Shown here: positions 51,520-61,310 of the stretch, piece by piece | Layout of the letters: each line of letters starts with the position of its first letter | Position numbering within the stretch: position 1 is the first letter of the stretch | Source of the DNA: Mycoplasmatota bacterium | GTDB taxonomy: Bacteria; Bacillota_I; Bacilli_A; RF39; UBA660 | Assembly: GCA_022771205.1 (NCBI GenBank) | Contig: JALFCF010000005.1 | Location: forward strand, 90,399 to 154,398 | Direction: 5' to 3' | DNA: 64,000 nt | Made by a program: the position numbers and the translations under genes | Notes under the pieces: generated by a model | Told to the model about the DNA's origin: nothing | Seen by the model: the letters and a program-made list of their open reading frames with translations, nothing else | The model's database searches: none

Positions 51520-52448
51520 GAAAGAAAAATAAAATTAAAATATTGATTGTACTGCTACTATTATTAATTACAACAGGATGTACAACAACGTTAGTTGATG
51601 AAAATAAAAAGCCAGTACAAAATAAAACGACAGGACAAAATTTAACAGAAAATATTATATGCCAACCAACAGATAAGGAAAATAGAAAATTATATAAAGA
51701 AAATGATGTAAAAATCGATAAGTTACCAACTTGCGATGATTTCAAAATAACATCTGGGAAATATGAAGGCTTATGGACTAGTATTTTTGTAAAACCATTA
51801 GCATTTATTCTTTTATGGCTAGGTAGAATCGTAGGTAACTATGCTATATCATTAATAATTATCAGTATTCTTATTAGATTGATTAGTTTTCCACTTACTA
51901 AAAAAACAGCATTGCAATCAGAAATGATGCAAAAGGCACAACCTGAAATTGAAAAAATAACAAAGAAGTATAAAGATAAACAAGATCAGGAATCAATGAT
52001 GAGACAAAGCCAAGAGATGATGATGATTTATAAAAAATATAATATTAGCCCTATGTCAGGATGTATTTTTGCAATGCTACAGTTTCCTCTATTTATTGCT
52101 TTCTTTGAAGCAATTCAAAGAACACCAGCTCTTTTTGAAGGAAAATTCTTAGGATTACAATTAGGAACAACACCAATGGTAGGTATAACTACTGGAACTT
52201 TTATTGCATATATTATTTTGATATTATTAATTGCTGGAACAACATTCTATTCATTTAAAATGAATTTATCTAATACAAATATGGATCCAAGTATGAAGAT
52301 GATGCCAATTATGATGAGTTCAATTATTATAATTACAGCTTTGTTCATGCCATCAGCATTAGGAATTTATTGGGTAACATCAAATCTATTGACTATTGCC
52401 CAAAATATTGTAGTAAAAAGGAGCAAAGAAGTACATGGAAAAGCATAG
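51516..52448 (+). CDS. yidC: membrane protein insertase YidC/SpoIIIJ (lipoprotein form)
   Basis: Lipobox LITTGC and the 60-kDa IMP core. Overlaps the rnpA stop (ATGA). Confidence 0.85.
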   Translation: MRKKNKIKILIVLLLLLITTGCTTTLVDENKKPVQNKTTGQNLTENIICQPTDKENRKLYKENDVKIDKLPTCDDFKITSGKYEGLWTSIFVKPLAFILLWLGRIVGNYAISLIIISILIRLISFPLTKKTALQSEMMQKAQPEIEKITKKYKDKQDQESMMRQSQEMMMIYKKYNISPMSGCIFAMLQFPLFIAFFEAIQRTPALFEGKFLGLQLGTTPMVGITTGTFIAYIILILLIAGTTFYSFKMNLSNTNMDPSMKMMPIMMSSIIIITALFMPSALGIYWVTSNLLTIAQNIVVKRSKEVHGKA

Positions 52449-53052
52449 ATTCATTGGAAAGACTAAAGAAGAAGCAATTGAAAATGCAAAAATTGGATTA
52501 CAAGAGTTAGAAGAAAATCTAATAATAAAGGAAATAGAATCAACAAAAGGTGGATTATTTAAAAGTAAAAAAGTAGAGATAGAAGTAGTTGAAAAAAGAG
52601 AAATTGTGAAAGAAATTAAAAACTATTTAAATAAATTATTAAGAGATTTAGGATTTACCATTAATATTGAAGTAAAAATGAATGAAGATGTTCCAACTTA
52701 TACAGTATATTCAGATAATGATTCATTATTGATAGGTAAAAATGGAAAAAATCTTCATGCGTTATCAATTATAGTAAATCAATATGTCAAAAAAGAAGTT
52801 GGAGAAAATTATAAGTTCCTAATAGATGTAAATGCGTATAAAGAAAAGCATGAAAAATCATTGGTAAGATTAGCAAAAAAAGTAGCTAGAGAAGTTGCAA
52901 CAACTAAAATCGCTGCTAAGATGGATTCTATGAATTCTTATGAAAGAAGAATTATTCATAATGCATTAACTAATAATAAAAAAGTATATACAGAAAGCGA
53001 AGGCGAAGAACCAAATCGCTATGTTGTAATCAAACCAAAAGAGGAGGAATAA
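52435..53052 (+). CDS. jag: Jag/KhpB RNA-binding protein (Jag-N, KH, R3H)
   Basis: KH and R3H motifs (SMNSYERRIIHNAL). Follows yidC as in Firmicutes. Confidence 0.75.
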   Translation: MEKHRFIGKTKEEAIENAKIGLQELEENLIIKEIESTKGGLFKSKKVEIEVVEKREIVKEIKNYLNKLLRDLGFTINIEVKMNEDVPTYTVYSDNDSLLIGKNGKNLHALSIIVNQYVKKEVGENYKFLIDVNAYKEKHEKSLVRLAKKVAREVATTKIAAKMDSMNSYERRIIHNALTNNKKVYTESEGEEPNRYVVIKPKEEE

Positions 53053-53070
53053 CTCTTCTTTTTATTTTTA

Positions 53071-53099
53071 TTAAATAAATTAAAATAATGTGCTATAAT
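53071..53099 (+). promoter_or_regulatory. putative extended -10 promoter for mnmE
   Basis: TGCTATAAT at 53091-53099, with a weak TTAAAT -35. Confidence 0.3.
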
Positions 53100-53125
53100 A
53101 TACGAAGAAAAAGGGAAGTGATACC

Positions 53126-54481
53126 ATGAATGATACAATAGTAGCTATATCTACAGCTTTAGGAGTGGGTGCTATTTCTATTGTTAGATTAAGTGGAAAA
53201 GAAGCAATCAAAATAGTTAATAGTTGTTTTAAAGGAAAAGATTTATCAAAAGTAAAAAGCCACACAATTAATTATGGTCACATTATAGACAAAGATGAAA
53301 TAATAGATGAAGTTCTTGTTTCAATTATGAAAGAGCCAAAAACTTATACGACAGAAGACGTAGTAGAAATTAACTGTCACGGTGGTGTGATTTCTACTAA
53401 ACGTATTTTAGAAACAATGTTAACTCATGGTGCTCGTCTGGCAGAACCAGGAGAATTTACTAAAAGGGCTTTTCTAAATGGGAGAATAGATTTAGTAAAA
53501 AGCGAAGCAGTTATGGATATTATTGATAGTAAAAGTGAAGAAGCCAATAAAATAGCTTTATCTCAACTAAGTGGTTCAACATCAAATATGATCAAAAAGT
53601 TTAGAGAAAGTTTAAAGCAATTATTAGCTAGCATAGAAGTAAATATAGATTATCCAGAATATTATGACATTGAAGTTGTCACAAAAGAAAAAATAAGTAA
53701 ATCAATTGAAGAGATGAAAAAAGATTTAGAAAAAGTAATTAATGAATCAAAAAATACAACTCTAATTAAAGAAGGTATAAAAACAGTAATTGTAGGAAGA
53801 CCTAATGTAGGAAAAAGTAGTATTTTAAATAAGCTTCTAGAACAAGAAAAGGCAATCGTAACAGATATAGCGGGAACCACAAGAGATATAGTAGAAGGAG
53901 AAATCAGTTTAGATGGTATTTTATTAAACATTATAGATACAGCAGGAATTAGAAGTACTGATGATATTGTAGAAAAAATTGGTGTAGAAAAGAGTCTTTC
54001 TATGATTGATGCTGCTGATTTAGTGGTAGTAGTACTCAACAATAATGAAGAGTTAACTGCAGAAGATCAGGAAATACTAGAAAAAACAAAAGCAAAAGAA
54101 AGAATTATAGTAATTAATAAAAATGATTTAAGTAAAAAGTTGGATATTTCTAGATATAATTTAAAAAATGTTGTAGAAACAAATGCTAACACTACTGATG
54201 GTATCAAAAATTTAAAGAAAAAAATTATAGAATTGTTTCAACTTGAAACTATCAAAACAAAAGATTATACATATCTAACAAATGCCAGACAAATAGCTTT
54301 AGCAAAAAAAGCATACCAAAGTTTAACAGAAGCAGAAGCAGGAATAAATAATGATTTACCAATAGATATGGTAGAAATAGATTTAAAAAACACTTTTGAT
54401 TTCTTAGGAGAAATTATTGGAGAAACATATAGTGAAGAAATTTTAGATCATCTATTTGCTAATTTCTGTGTGGGAAAATAG
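53126..54481 (+). CDS. mnmE: tRNA modification GTPase MnmE
   Basis: G-domain GRPNVGKSS, DTAGIR, NKND; C-terminal CxGK (CVGK). Confidence 0.92.
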   Translation: MNDTIVAISTALGVGAISIVRLSGKEAIKIVNSCFKGKDLSKVKSHTINYGHIIDKDEIIDEVLVSIMKEPKTYTTEDVVEINCHGGVISTKRILETMLTHGARLAEPGEFTKRAFLNGRIDLVKSEAVMDIIDSKSEEANKIALSQLSGSTSNMIKKFRESLKQLLASIEVNIDYPEYYDIEVVTKEKISKSIEEMKKDLEKVINESKNTTLIKEGIKTVIVGRPNVGKSSILNKLLEQEKAIVTDIAGTTRDIVEGEISLDGILLNIIDTAGIRSTDDIVEKIGVEKSLSMIDAADLVVVVLNNNEELTAEDQEILEKTKAKERIIVINKNDLSKKLDISRYNLKNVVETNANTTDGIKNLKKKIIELFQLETIKTKDYTYLTNARQIALAKKAYQSLTEAEAGINNDLPIDMVEIDLKNTFDFLGEIIGETYSEEILDHLFANFCVGK

Positions 54482-54491
54482 GAGTGATTAT

Positions 54492-56345
54492 ATGAAATAT
54501 GAAATAATAGTAGTAGGTGGAGGTCACGCTGGATGTGAAGCAGCTTTGGCATCTGCACGAAAAGGACATAAAACATTATTAGTAACATCTAATATCAAAA
54601 ATATTGCAGATATGCCTTGCAACCCATCAATAGGAGGCCCAGCAAAAGGTATAGTAGTTCGAGAAATAGATGCTTTAGGTGGCGAAATGGGAAGAAATGC
54701 AGATAAAGGTGCTCTACAAACAAAAATGTTAAATACAAAAAAAGGGCCAGCTGTTCAAGCTTTACGTTTTCAAGCCGATAAGATAACTTACCCAAAAGAA
54801 ATGTTAAATACATTAAAAAATACAGAAAATTTAGATATAAAAGAAGCAATGGTAGAAAAATTAATAGTAATTGAAAATAAAGTAGCAGGTGTTGAGTTAG
54901 AAGATGGTGAAAAAATAGAATCTGAAGCAGTAATCTTAACAACAGGTACTTATTTAAAAGCTGTCGTATTGGCTGGTTCAACTCGCAAATCAAGCGGACC
55001 TCATGGAGAAAAAGAATCAAAGTTTCTAAGTGATAATTTAAAAGATTTAGGATTTACTATCAAAAGATTAAAAACAGGTACTCCTCAAAGAATTGATAAA
55101 AATACAATAGATTATTCTAAAACACAAGAAGAAAAAGGAGATTCAGTACCACGTACATTTTCTTTTGATAATATTGTGTATAAAGAGCCAAAAGATCAAA
55201 TATCTTGTCATTTGATTTATACAACTCCAAAAACACATGAAATAATAAGAGAACATTTGAATGAATCTAGTATGTATGGTGGTTATGTTGAAGGTGTAGG
55301 TCCAAGATATTGTCCATCTATAGAAGATAAGGTCGTAAGGTTTAGCGATAAAGAACGTCACCAGTTATTTTTAGAACCAGAAAGTCTTTATTATGACGAT
55401 ATTTATCTTCAAGGTTTTTCTACTAGTATGCCAAATGAAATTCAAGATATAATGGTACATAGTTTGCCAGGATTAGAGAAGGCAAAAATATTAAAATACG
55501 GTTATGCAATAGAATACGATGCTATAGACTCTAAACAATTAAAAAGATCATTAGAAACAAAAATAATAGAAAATTTATATACTGCTGGACAAATTAATGG
55601 AACAAGTGGATATGAAGAAGCTGCAGGACAAGGATTAATTGCTGGAATTAATGCCTCTTTAAAACTAGAGGGAAAAGAACCGTTGATTTTAAAAAGAAAT
55701 GAATCATATATTGGTGTATTAATAGATGATTTAGTAACAAAAGGTGTTAAGGATCCATATCGTTTATTAACATCTCGTGCAGAATACAGACTATTATTAA
55801 GAAATGATAATGCAGATCTAAGATTAAGAGACTACGGATATAAAGTTGGATTAATATCTGAAGAAAGATATGGTAAGTTTACAACAAAAAAACAAAACAT
55901 CTATAAAATAACAGAACTATTAAATCAAACACGGATTACTCCTAAAAAAGAAACAAATGAATATATAGAAAAAATTCCATCAACTCCATTAAAAGATGGA
56001 CTTTCCTTATATGATTTTTTGAAAAGACCAGAAGTATCAATGGAAAATATAAAACACTTTTTAGATTTAGATTATTCAAATGAAGAATTAGAGCAAGTAG
56101 AAATCAATGCAAAATATGAAGGATACATAAAAAAAGCTAATAAAGAAGCAGAAAAAATGTTAGCGTTAGAGGAAAAAATAATCCCAGATAATATAGATTA
56201 TGAAAAAGTACCTAATTTAGCCAGTGAGGCACGACAAAAGCTTACAGAAATAAAACCAACAACTATAGGGCAAGCTTCTAGAATTAGCGGAGTAAACCCA
56301 GCGGATATTTCAATATTGATGGTTTATTTAAGAAGGAATGGATAA
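54492..56345 (+). CDS. mnmG: tRNA uridine 5-carboxymethylaminomethyl modification enzyme MnmG
   Basis: FAD-binding VVGGGHAGCEAA. Start ATG at 54492 behind GGAGTGA. Confidence 0.92.
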   Translation: MKYEIIVVGGGHAGCEAALASARKGHKTLLVTSNIKNIADMPCNPSIGGPAKGIVVREIDALGGEMGRNADKGALQTKMLNTKKGPAVQALRFQADKITYPKEMLNTLKNTENLDIKEAMVEKLIVIENKVAGVELEDGEKIESEAVILTTGTYLKAVVLAGSTRKSSGPHGEKESKFLSDNLKDLGFTIKRLKTGTPQRIDKNTIDYSKTQEEKGDSVPRTFSFDNIVYKEPKDQISCHLIYTTPKTHEIIREHLNESSMYGGYVEGVGPRYCPSIEDKVVRFSDKERHQLFLEPESLYYDDIYLQGFSTSMPNEIQDIMVHSLPGLEKAKILKYGYAIEYDAIDSKQLKRSLETKIIENLYTAGQINGTSGYEEAAGQGLIAGINASLKLEGKEPLILKRNESYIGVLIDDLVTKGVKDPYRLLTSRAEYRLLLRNDNADLRLRDYGYKVGLISEERYGKFTTKKQNIYKITELLNQTRITPKKETNEYIEKIPSTPLKDGLSLYDFLKRPEVSMENIKHFLDLDYSNEELEQVEINAKYEGYIKKANKEAEKMLALEEKIIPDNIDYEKVPNLASEARQKLTEIKPTTIGQASRISGVNPADISILMVYLRRNG

Positions 56346-56346
56346 T

Positions 56347-56988
56347 ATGACAGAACAAGAATTTATAGATTCAATTAAAGAATTAGGTATAGAACCAACA
56401 GACAAACAATTATACCAGTTAAGTAAGTTCTACGAACTATTAATAGAATGGAATCAAAAAATAAACTTAACTCGAATTACAGATAAAAAAGAAGTTTATT
56501 TAAAACATTTTTATGATAGTCTTACAATATCAAAAGAATTGGATTTAAATAAGATTAATACTCTTTGTGATGTAGGAACAGGAGCAGGATTTCCAGGAAT
56601 TGTATTGAAAATTTTTTATCCAGATCTGAAAATAACTCTAATAGATTCATTATTAAAAAGAGTAAAATATTTAAATGAAATAATAAAAGAACTGAATTTA
56701 AAAGAAATAAAGGCTATTCACACAAGAGCTGAAGATTACAAAGAAACTTTTGATATCGTTACTGCAAGAGCAGTAGCAAATATAGAAAAATTATTAACAT
56801 ATACCATGCATTTAGTAAAAAAAGATGGGAAACTTATTGCGATGAAAGGAAATATAGATGAAGAAATAACAGAAGATGTTAGAAAAAGAATAGATAAAAA
56901 GTATAAACTAATAAAAATTAATAAGTTTTATTTACCAAAAGAAGAAAGTCATCGCAGTTTAGTTATTATAGGAAAAAAAGGGCTTTAG
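56347..56988 (+). CDS. rsmG: 16S rRNA (guanine527-N7)-methyltransferase
   Basis: GidB family (DVGTGAGFPGIVLKI). Start at the second ATG, 9 nt after AAGGA. Confidence 0.85.
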   Translation: MTEQEFIDSIKELGIEPTDKQLYQLSKFYELLIEWNQKINLTRITDKKEVYLKHFYDSLTISKELDLNKINTLCDVGTGAGFPGIVLKIFYPDLKITLIDSLLKRVKYLNEIIKELNLKEIKAIHTRAEDYKETFDIVTARAVANIEKLLTYTMHLVKKDGKLIAMKGNIDEEITEDVRKRIDKKYKLIKINKFYLPKEESHRSLVIIGKKGL

Positions 56989-57081
56989 CTCTTTTTATTT
57001 TCATTTTTCTTGAAAGTAAAATGAAAATAGTCTATAATGATAACATAGGATAACTGTAAGAATAAAAAGTGAGGGATGAGT

Positions 57082-58536
57082 ATGCAAGAACAAACTAAAG
57101 ATGAAGTTGTATACCTATATTTAGATGATATCATACCAAACAGATTTCAACCTCGCGAGGTTTTTGACGAAAGAGCTTTAAAAGAATTAGCTGTATCAAT
57201 TAAAGAACATGGAGTAATTCAGCCAATTATAGTAAGAAATGTTAATGGTAAGTATGAAATAATTGCTGGTGAAAGAAGATATAAAGCCTCTGCTATGGCG
57301 GGTTTAACAAAAATTCCCGCAATTATTAGAAATTTAGATGATAAAGAAAGTTCAAAAGTAGCATTGTTAGAAAATCTCCAAAGAAGAAATTTAAATCCGA
57401 TCGAAGAAGCTAGAACTTATCAAAAAATATTAGAACTTGATCAAATGACTCAAGAAGAATTGGCAAAAACAATGGGAAAAAGTCAATCAGCAGTTGCTAA
57501 TAAAATAAGACTATTAGGCCTTACAGATGAAGTACAAGATGCTTTATTGAAAGAACAAATATCAGAGCGTCATGCTAGAACATTATTAAATATATCAGAT
57601 GCAAAGAAGCAAAAAGAAATGCTAAAAAGGATAATAAATGAAAAAATGACGGTACGGCAATTAGAAGCAGAAATAAAAAGTATGTACCCTAAAGAGGAGG
57701 GGGAAACAGTGAGTAATACATCTACAGCAATCACATCAGCAGCTTTTGTAAATACTAGTCCATTGATGCCAACAGCAGATTTACCAGAAGATAAATCCAA
57801 TTATGGTCAAATAAAAATTGCACCACCCACTGGTACAGAAGAAGAATATCAACCAAGATTTATAAATTATGGAGAGATAAAAGATGATGATGAAGATGAT
57901 GATGAAGTACCAATTGGTGGAATTAATCCGGACAGTACTCAATCTATTCCTAATATAAAAGATATTAAGGAAAAAGCAGTTGACATTAATGCTCCACAGG
58001 CACAGCCAACAGCAGATTTAGACAGTTTATTAAATATTACAGCAGCATCCTCAGGAATTTCAAAACCAGATGAACATTATAAATTTATTACTCCAGCAGA
58101 AGAAATAGTAAAAACAGATGCAAGCAAAGCAAATAAAGCTAAGGTACAAGATTATTTTAAAACTCCCGATTTGATACCAGTAAATTTACCAAATGAAGTC
58201 CAATCTACTAAAGAAACAAACCAAGTTTCTTTATCTGAGATAGAAGCTAAATCAAAGCTGCAAAATAAATCAGCTGAATCAACAACCTTGCATGATTCAA
58301 GATATGATAAAAAGACTTTAAACAATACAAACTTAAATACAAACTTATTTGGCAATATCCAAAGAACAAATTTGAACGATAAGAAAAACAATCAATTTAC
58401 AGTACAACAATCTATAGATATGATTAGAAACTTAGTGGACGAATTAAATCGTCATGGAGTAAACGCAGATATTGATGAAATGAACTTTTCTAAATCATAT
58501 CAAATTATTATAAAATTAGATAAGACAGCAGAGTAA
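57082..58536 (+). CDS. noc: ParB/Noc-like nucleoid occlusion protein homolog with long low-complexity C-terminal extension
   Basis: ParB N-domain (IIAGERRYKAS) and HTH (QEELAKTMGKSQSAVANKIRLLGL) lie within the first ~200 aa. About 280 extra residues follow: Ser/Thr/Asn/Lys-rich with an acidic DDDEDDDE block and a short structured-looking C-terminus. Located in the rsmG-noc-soj-spo0J slot. Confidence 0.7.
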   Translation: MQEQTKDEVVYLYLDDIIPNRFQPREVFDERALKELAVSIKEHGVIQPIIVRNVNGKYEIIAGERRYKASAMAGLTKIPAIIRNLDDKESSKVALLENLQRRNLNPIEEARTYQKILELDQMTQEELAKTMGKSQSAVANKIRLLGLTDEVQDALLKEQISERHARTLLNISDAKKQKEMLKRIINEKMTVRQLEAEIKSMYPKEEGETVSNTSTAITSAAFVNTSPLMPTADLPEDKSNYGQIKIAPPTGTEEEYQPRFINYGEIKDDDEDDDEVPIGGINPDSTQSIPNIKDIKEKAVDINAPQAQPTADLDSLLNITAASSGISKPDEHYKFITPAEEIVKTDASKANKAKVQDYFKTPDLIPVNLPNEVQSTKETNQVSLSEIEAKSKLQNKSAESTTLHDSRYDKKTLNNTNLNTNLFGNIQRTNLNDKKNNQFTVQQSIDMIRNLVDELNRHGVNADIDEMNFSKSYQIIIKLDKTAE

Positions 58537-58540
58537 TAAG

Positions 58541-58566
58541 AGTAGATAAAAATCTACTTTTTTTTC
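58541..58566 (+). terminator. intrinsic terminator after noc
   Basis: AGTAGAT-AAAA-ATCTACT hairpin followed by T8. Confidence 0.5.
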
Positions 58567-58634
58567 GAAAAGCATTTAAAAAAGAATATTTATTTGATAC
58601 AATATATTAGTAAAAATGGAAACAGGTGATAAAT

Positions 58635-59420
58635 ATGGGAAAGGTGATATCTTTAGTAAATCAAAAAGGTGGAGTGGGAAAAACAACAACCAGTATCAAT
58701 CTTTCTGCATCATTAGCAGTACTAGGTAAAAAAGTATTATTAATCGATTTAGACCCGCAAGGGAATACAACAACAGGGGTTGGTATTAATAAAGGTGACA
58801 TAGAACGAAGTGTCTATGATGTTTTAATTGGAGAATGTAAAATATCAGAAGCAATGATTAAAACGAAATATAAAAATTTATATGTTCTACCAGCAACAAT
58901 TAACTTAGCTGGTTTAGATATAGAATTGGTAGAAAAAAGTAAACAAGAATCAGGATTTTTAAAAGGAGAACAATTAAAAATCCATTTGATTGATATAAAA
59001 GATAGCTTTGACTATATTATAATAGACTGTCCACCATCATTAGGCGTTATTACAACCAATGCTTTAACAGCCTCTAATTCGGTTATAATTCCAGTTCAAT
59101 GTGAATTCTTTGCATTAGAAGGAATTACTCAATTATTAAAAACTATTATGTTGGCACAGAAAAGTTTAAATCCAACATTGGATATAGAAGGTGTATTATT
59201 AACAATGTTAGATTCAAGAACTAACCTAGGATTTGAAGTCGTAGAAGATATCAGAAAATTTTTCAAAGAGAAGGTATACAACACAATAATTCCAAGACTA
59301 GTTCGATTGACAGAAGCACCTTCACATGGAGAACCAATTATTGCGTATGATCCTAAAAGTCGTGGAAGCGAAGCTTATTTAAATCTTGCAAAGGAAGTGA
59401 TTGAAAGAAATGGAAAATAA
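58635..59420 (+). CDS. soj: ParA-family ATPase Soj
   Basis: Deviant Walker A KGGVGKTTT. Start ATG at 58635 behind AGGTGA. Confidence 0.92.
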   Translation: MGKVISLVNQKGGVGKTTTSINLSASLAVLGKKVLLIDLDPQGNTTTGVGINKGDIERSVYDVLIGECKISEAMIKTKYKNLYVLPATINLAGLDIELVEKSKQESGFLKGEQLKIHLIDIKDSFDYIIIDCPPSLGVITTNALTASNSVIIPVQCEFFALEGITQLLKTIMLAQKSLNPTLDIEGVLLTMLDSRTNLGFEVVEDIRKFFKEKVYNTIIPRLVRLTEAPSHGEPIIAYDPKSRGSEAYLNLAKEVIERNGK

Positions 59421-60303
59421 TAAAAGAAGAGCTTTAGGAAGAGGCTTAGAAGAACTTTTTTATAACGAACCAATTGCTTACGATAAAATGGAAGAAAAAA
59501 TATTAACAGAAACTCCAAAAGAAGAAATAACGAATGTAAAAATATCCGAATTAAGAAGCAATCCATATCAACCAAGACAAGTATTTAAACAAGAAGCTCT
59601 ACAAGAATTATCAGATTCTATTAAAGAACATGGAGTTTTTCAGCCAATAATTATTAAGAAAAGTATTAAAGGGTATGAAATAATAGCTGGAGAGCGACGT
59701 GTAAAAGCATCACAAATGGCTGGACTTGATGAAATTCCTGCTATTATTAGAGATTTTACAGACGAAGAGATGATGGAGATTGCACTATTAGAAAATCTTC
59801 AAAGAGAAAACTTAAATCCAATTGAGGAATCTCGTGCTTATAAAAAATTGATAGAAACTTTAAATATTACACAAGAAGAGCTAGCAAAAAGATTAGGTAA
59901 AAGTAGAAGTTATATTACTAACATGATAGGACTACAAACATTACCTGCACCAATCCAAGATATGATTTCTGACAATAAAATGAGTATGGGTCATGCCAGA
60001 GTTCTAAGTAAATTAGAAAATGAAAATCAACAAAAAGAATTAGCAGATAAAATTATTGAAGATGGTATGAGTGTTCGAGAATTAGAAAATTTAACTAAAT
60101 CTTCAGACGAATACGAAAGAACTCATAAAATAAGAAAACACGTCAATACTCAAACTAATGAATATCAATATTTAGAAGATGAATTATGTGATAAACTTGG
60201 AACAAAAGTTAAAATAAAGTCAAATAAAATAGAGATTAGTTTTGTGAATGGAAACGACTTGAATCGCTTATTAGAAATTATGAATTTAGATACAAGGGGG
60301 TAA
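59410..60303 (+). CDS. spo0J: chromosome partitioning protein ParB/Spo0J
   Basis: GERRVKAS ParB box, HTH (QEELAKRLGKSRSYITNMIGL). Start ATG at 59410; the track start is a TTG. Confidence 0.88.
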   Translation: MENNKRRALGRGLEELFYNEPIAYDKMEEKILTETPKEEITNVKISELRSNPYQPRQVFKQEALQELSDSIKEHGVFQPIIIKKSIKGYEIIAGERRVKASQMAGLDEIPAIIRDFTDEEMMEIALLENLQRENLNPIEESRAYKKLIETLNITQEELAKRLGKSRSYITNMIGLQTLPAPIQDMISDNKMSMGHARVLSKLENENQQKELADKIIEDGMSVRELENLTKSSDEYERTHKIRKHVNTQTNEYQYLEDELCDKLGTKVKIKSNKIEISFVNGNDLNRLLEIMNLDTRG

Positions 60304-60309
60304 TATTGA

Positions 60310-61122
60310 TTGAAACTGTTTGATAGTATTACAATTGATTTAAAAGAGATTATATTCCCAGTGGTATATATAATAATAGGATTTATAATTTATAAAGTCT
60401 TAAAGAGATTAGTAAATAAAGTTATGTTAAATAACAAGAAAATGAAGAAACAGCATCTGCAAAGGGCTAATACTATAAGAATTGTTATTTTAAATGTAAT
60501 AAAATATTCTATAGTAGTATTAGTTTTATTAGCAATACTTGCTAATTTTGGAGTAAATGTAAAATCAATAGTAGCAGGACTTGGAATAACAACAGCTATT
60601 TTAGGTTTAGCATTTCAAGATTTAGCAAAAGATTTGATTGCTGGTATTTCCATCATAACAGAAAATCAATTTGAAGTTGGAGATATTGTTGAATATGATG
60701 GATTTATGGGAGAAGTTGTTTTTCTTGGGTTAAAAACTACAAGAATAAAAGATTATAGAGGGGCAGTAAAAATAATTGCTAATCATAAGTTAGATACAAT
60801 AATTAATTACAGTCTAAATAATTATTTAGCAATTGTAGATTTAAGAATATCCTATAATGAAAATCCAGATAAAGTGTCGACTGCACTAGAAGAAATAAAA
60901 CAAGAGCTAAACGGTAAAGTACCAAATGCAACAGGGGATATACAAATTTGGGGATTAGATGATTTTGAAGACTCTAACATGAGATATAGAGTCGTAGTTG
61001 AAACCAAGTCCCAAGAGCATTATGCTGCTCAAAGATTTTTACGCAGTGAATTTAAGAAAAGATTGGATAAAAGAAATATAAAGGTAACATGCCAACAGAT
61101 TGAGGTGACTCATGGAAAATAA
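60310..61122 (+). CDS. small-conductance mechanosensitive channel (MscS family)
   Basis: Three TM helices plus the MscS beta domain (GDIVEYDGFMGEVVFLGLKTTRIKDYRG). TTG start. Confidence 0.7.
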   Translation: MKLFDSITIDLKEIIFPVVYIIIGFIIYKVLKRLVNKVMLNNKKMKKQHLQRANTIRIVILNVIKYSIVVLVLLAILANFGVNVKSIVAGLGITTAILGLAFQDLAKDLIAGISIITENQFEVGDIVEYDGFMGEVVFLGLKTTRIKDYRGAVKIIANHKLDTIINYSLNNYLAIVDLRISYNENPDKVSTALEEIKQELNGKVPNATGDIQIWGLDDFEDSNMRYRVVVETKSQEHYAAQRFLRSEFKKRLDKRNIKVTCQQIEVTHGK

Positions 61123-61306
61123 TAATTATACTATCGGTACAAAGGTAGTAATGAAAAAGCCACATCCATGCGGAACAAATGAATGGGAAATTACTAGAGT
61201 AGGTGCTGATATAAAAATAAAATGTATCAATTGTGGAAGAACAGTATTAATACCTAGGATAGAATTTAATAAGAAATTAAAAAAGACAATTACACAGGAA
61301 GGATAA
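61112..61306 (+). CDS. DUF951-family small protein (YyzM-like)
   Basis: 64 aa with CGTNEW...CINCGR. Position after the spo0J region as in Bacillus. Confidence 0.55.
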   Translation: MENNNYTIGTKVVMKKPHPCGTNEWEITRVGADIKIKCINCGRTVLIPRIEFNKKLKKTITQEG

Positions 61307-61310
61307 AAAT

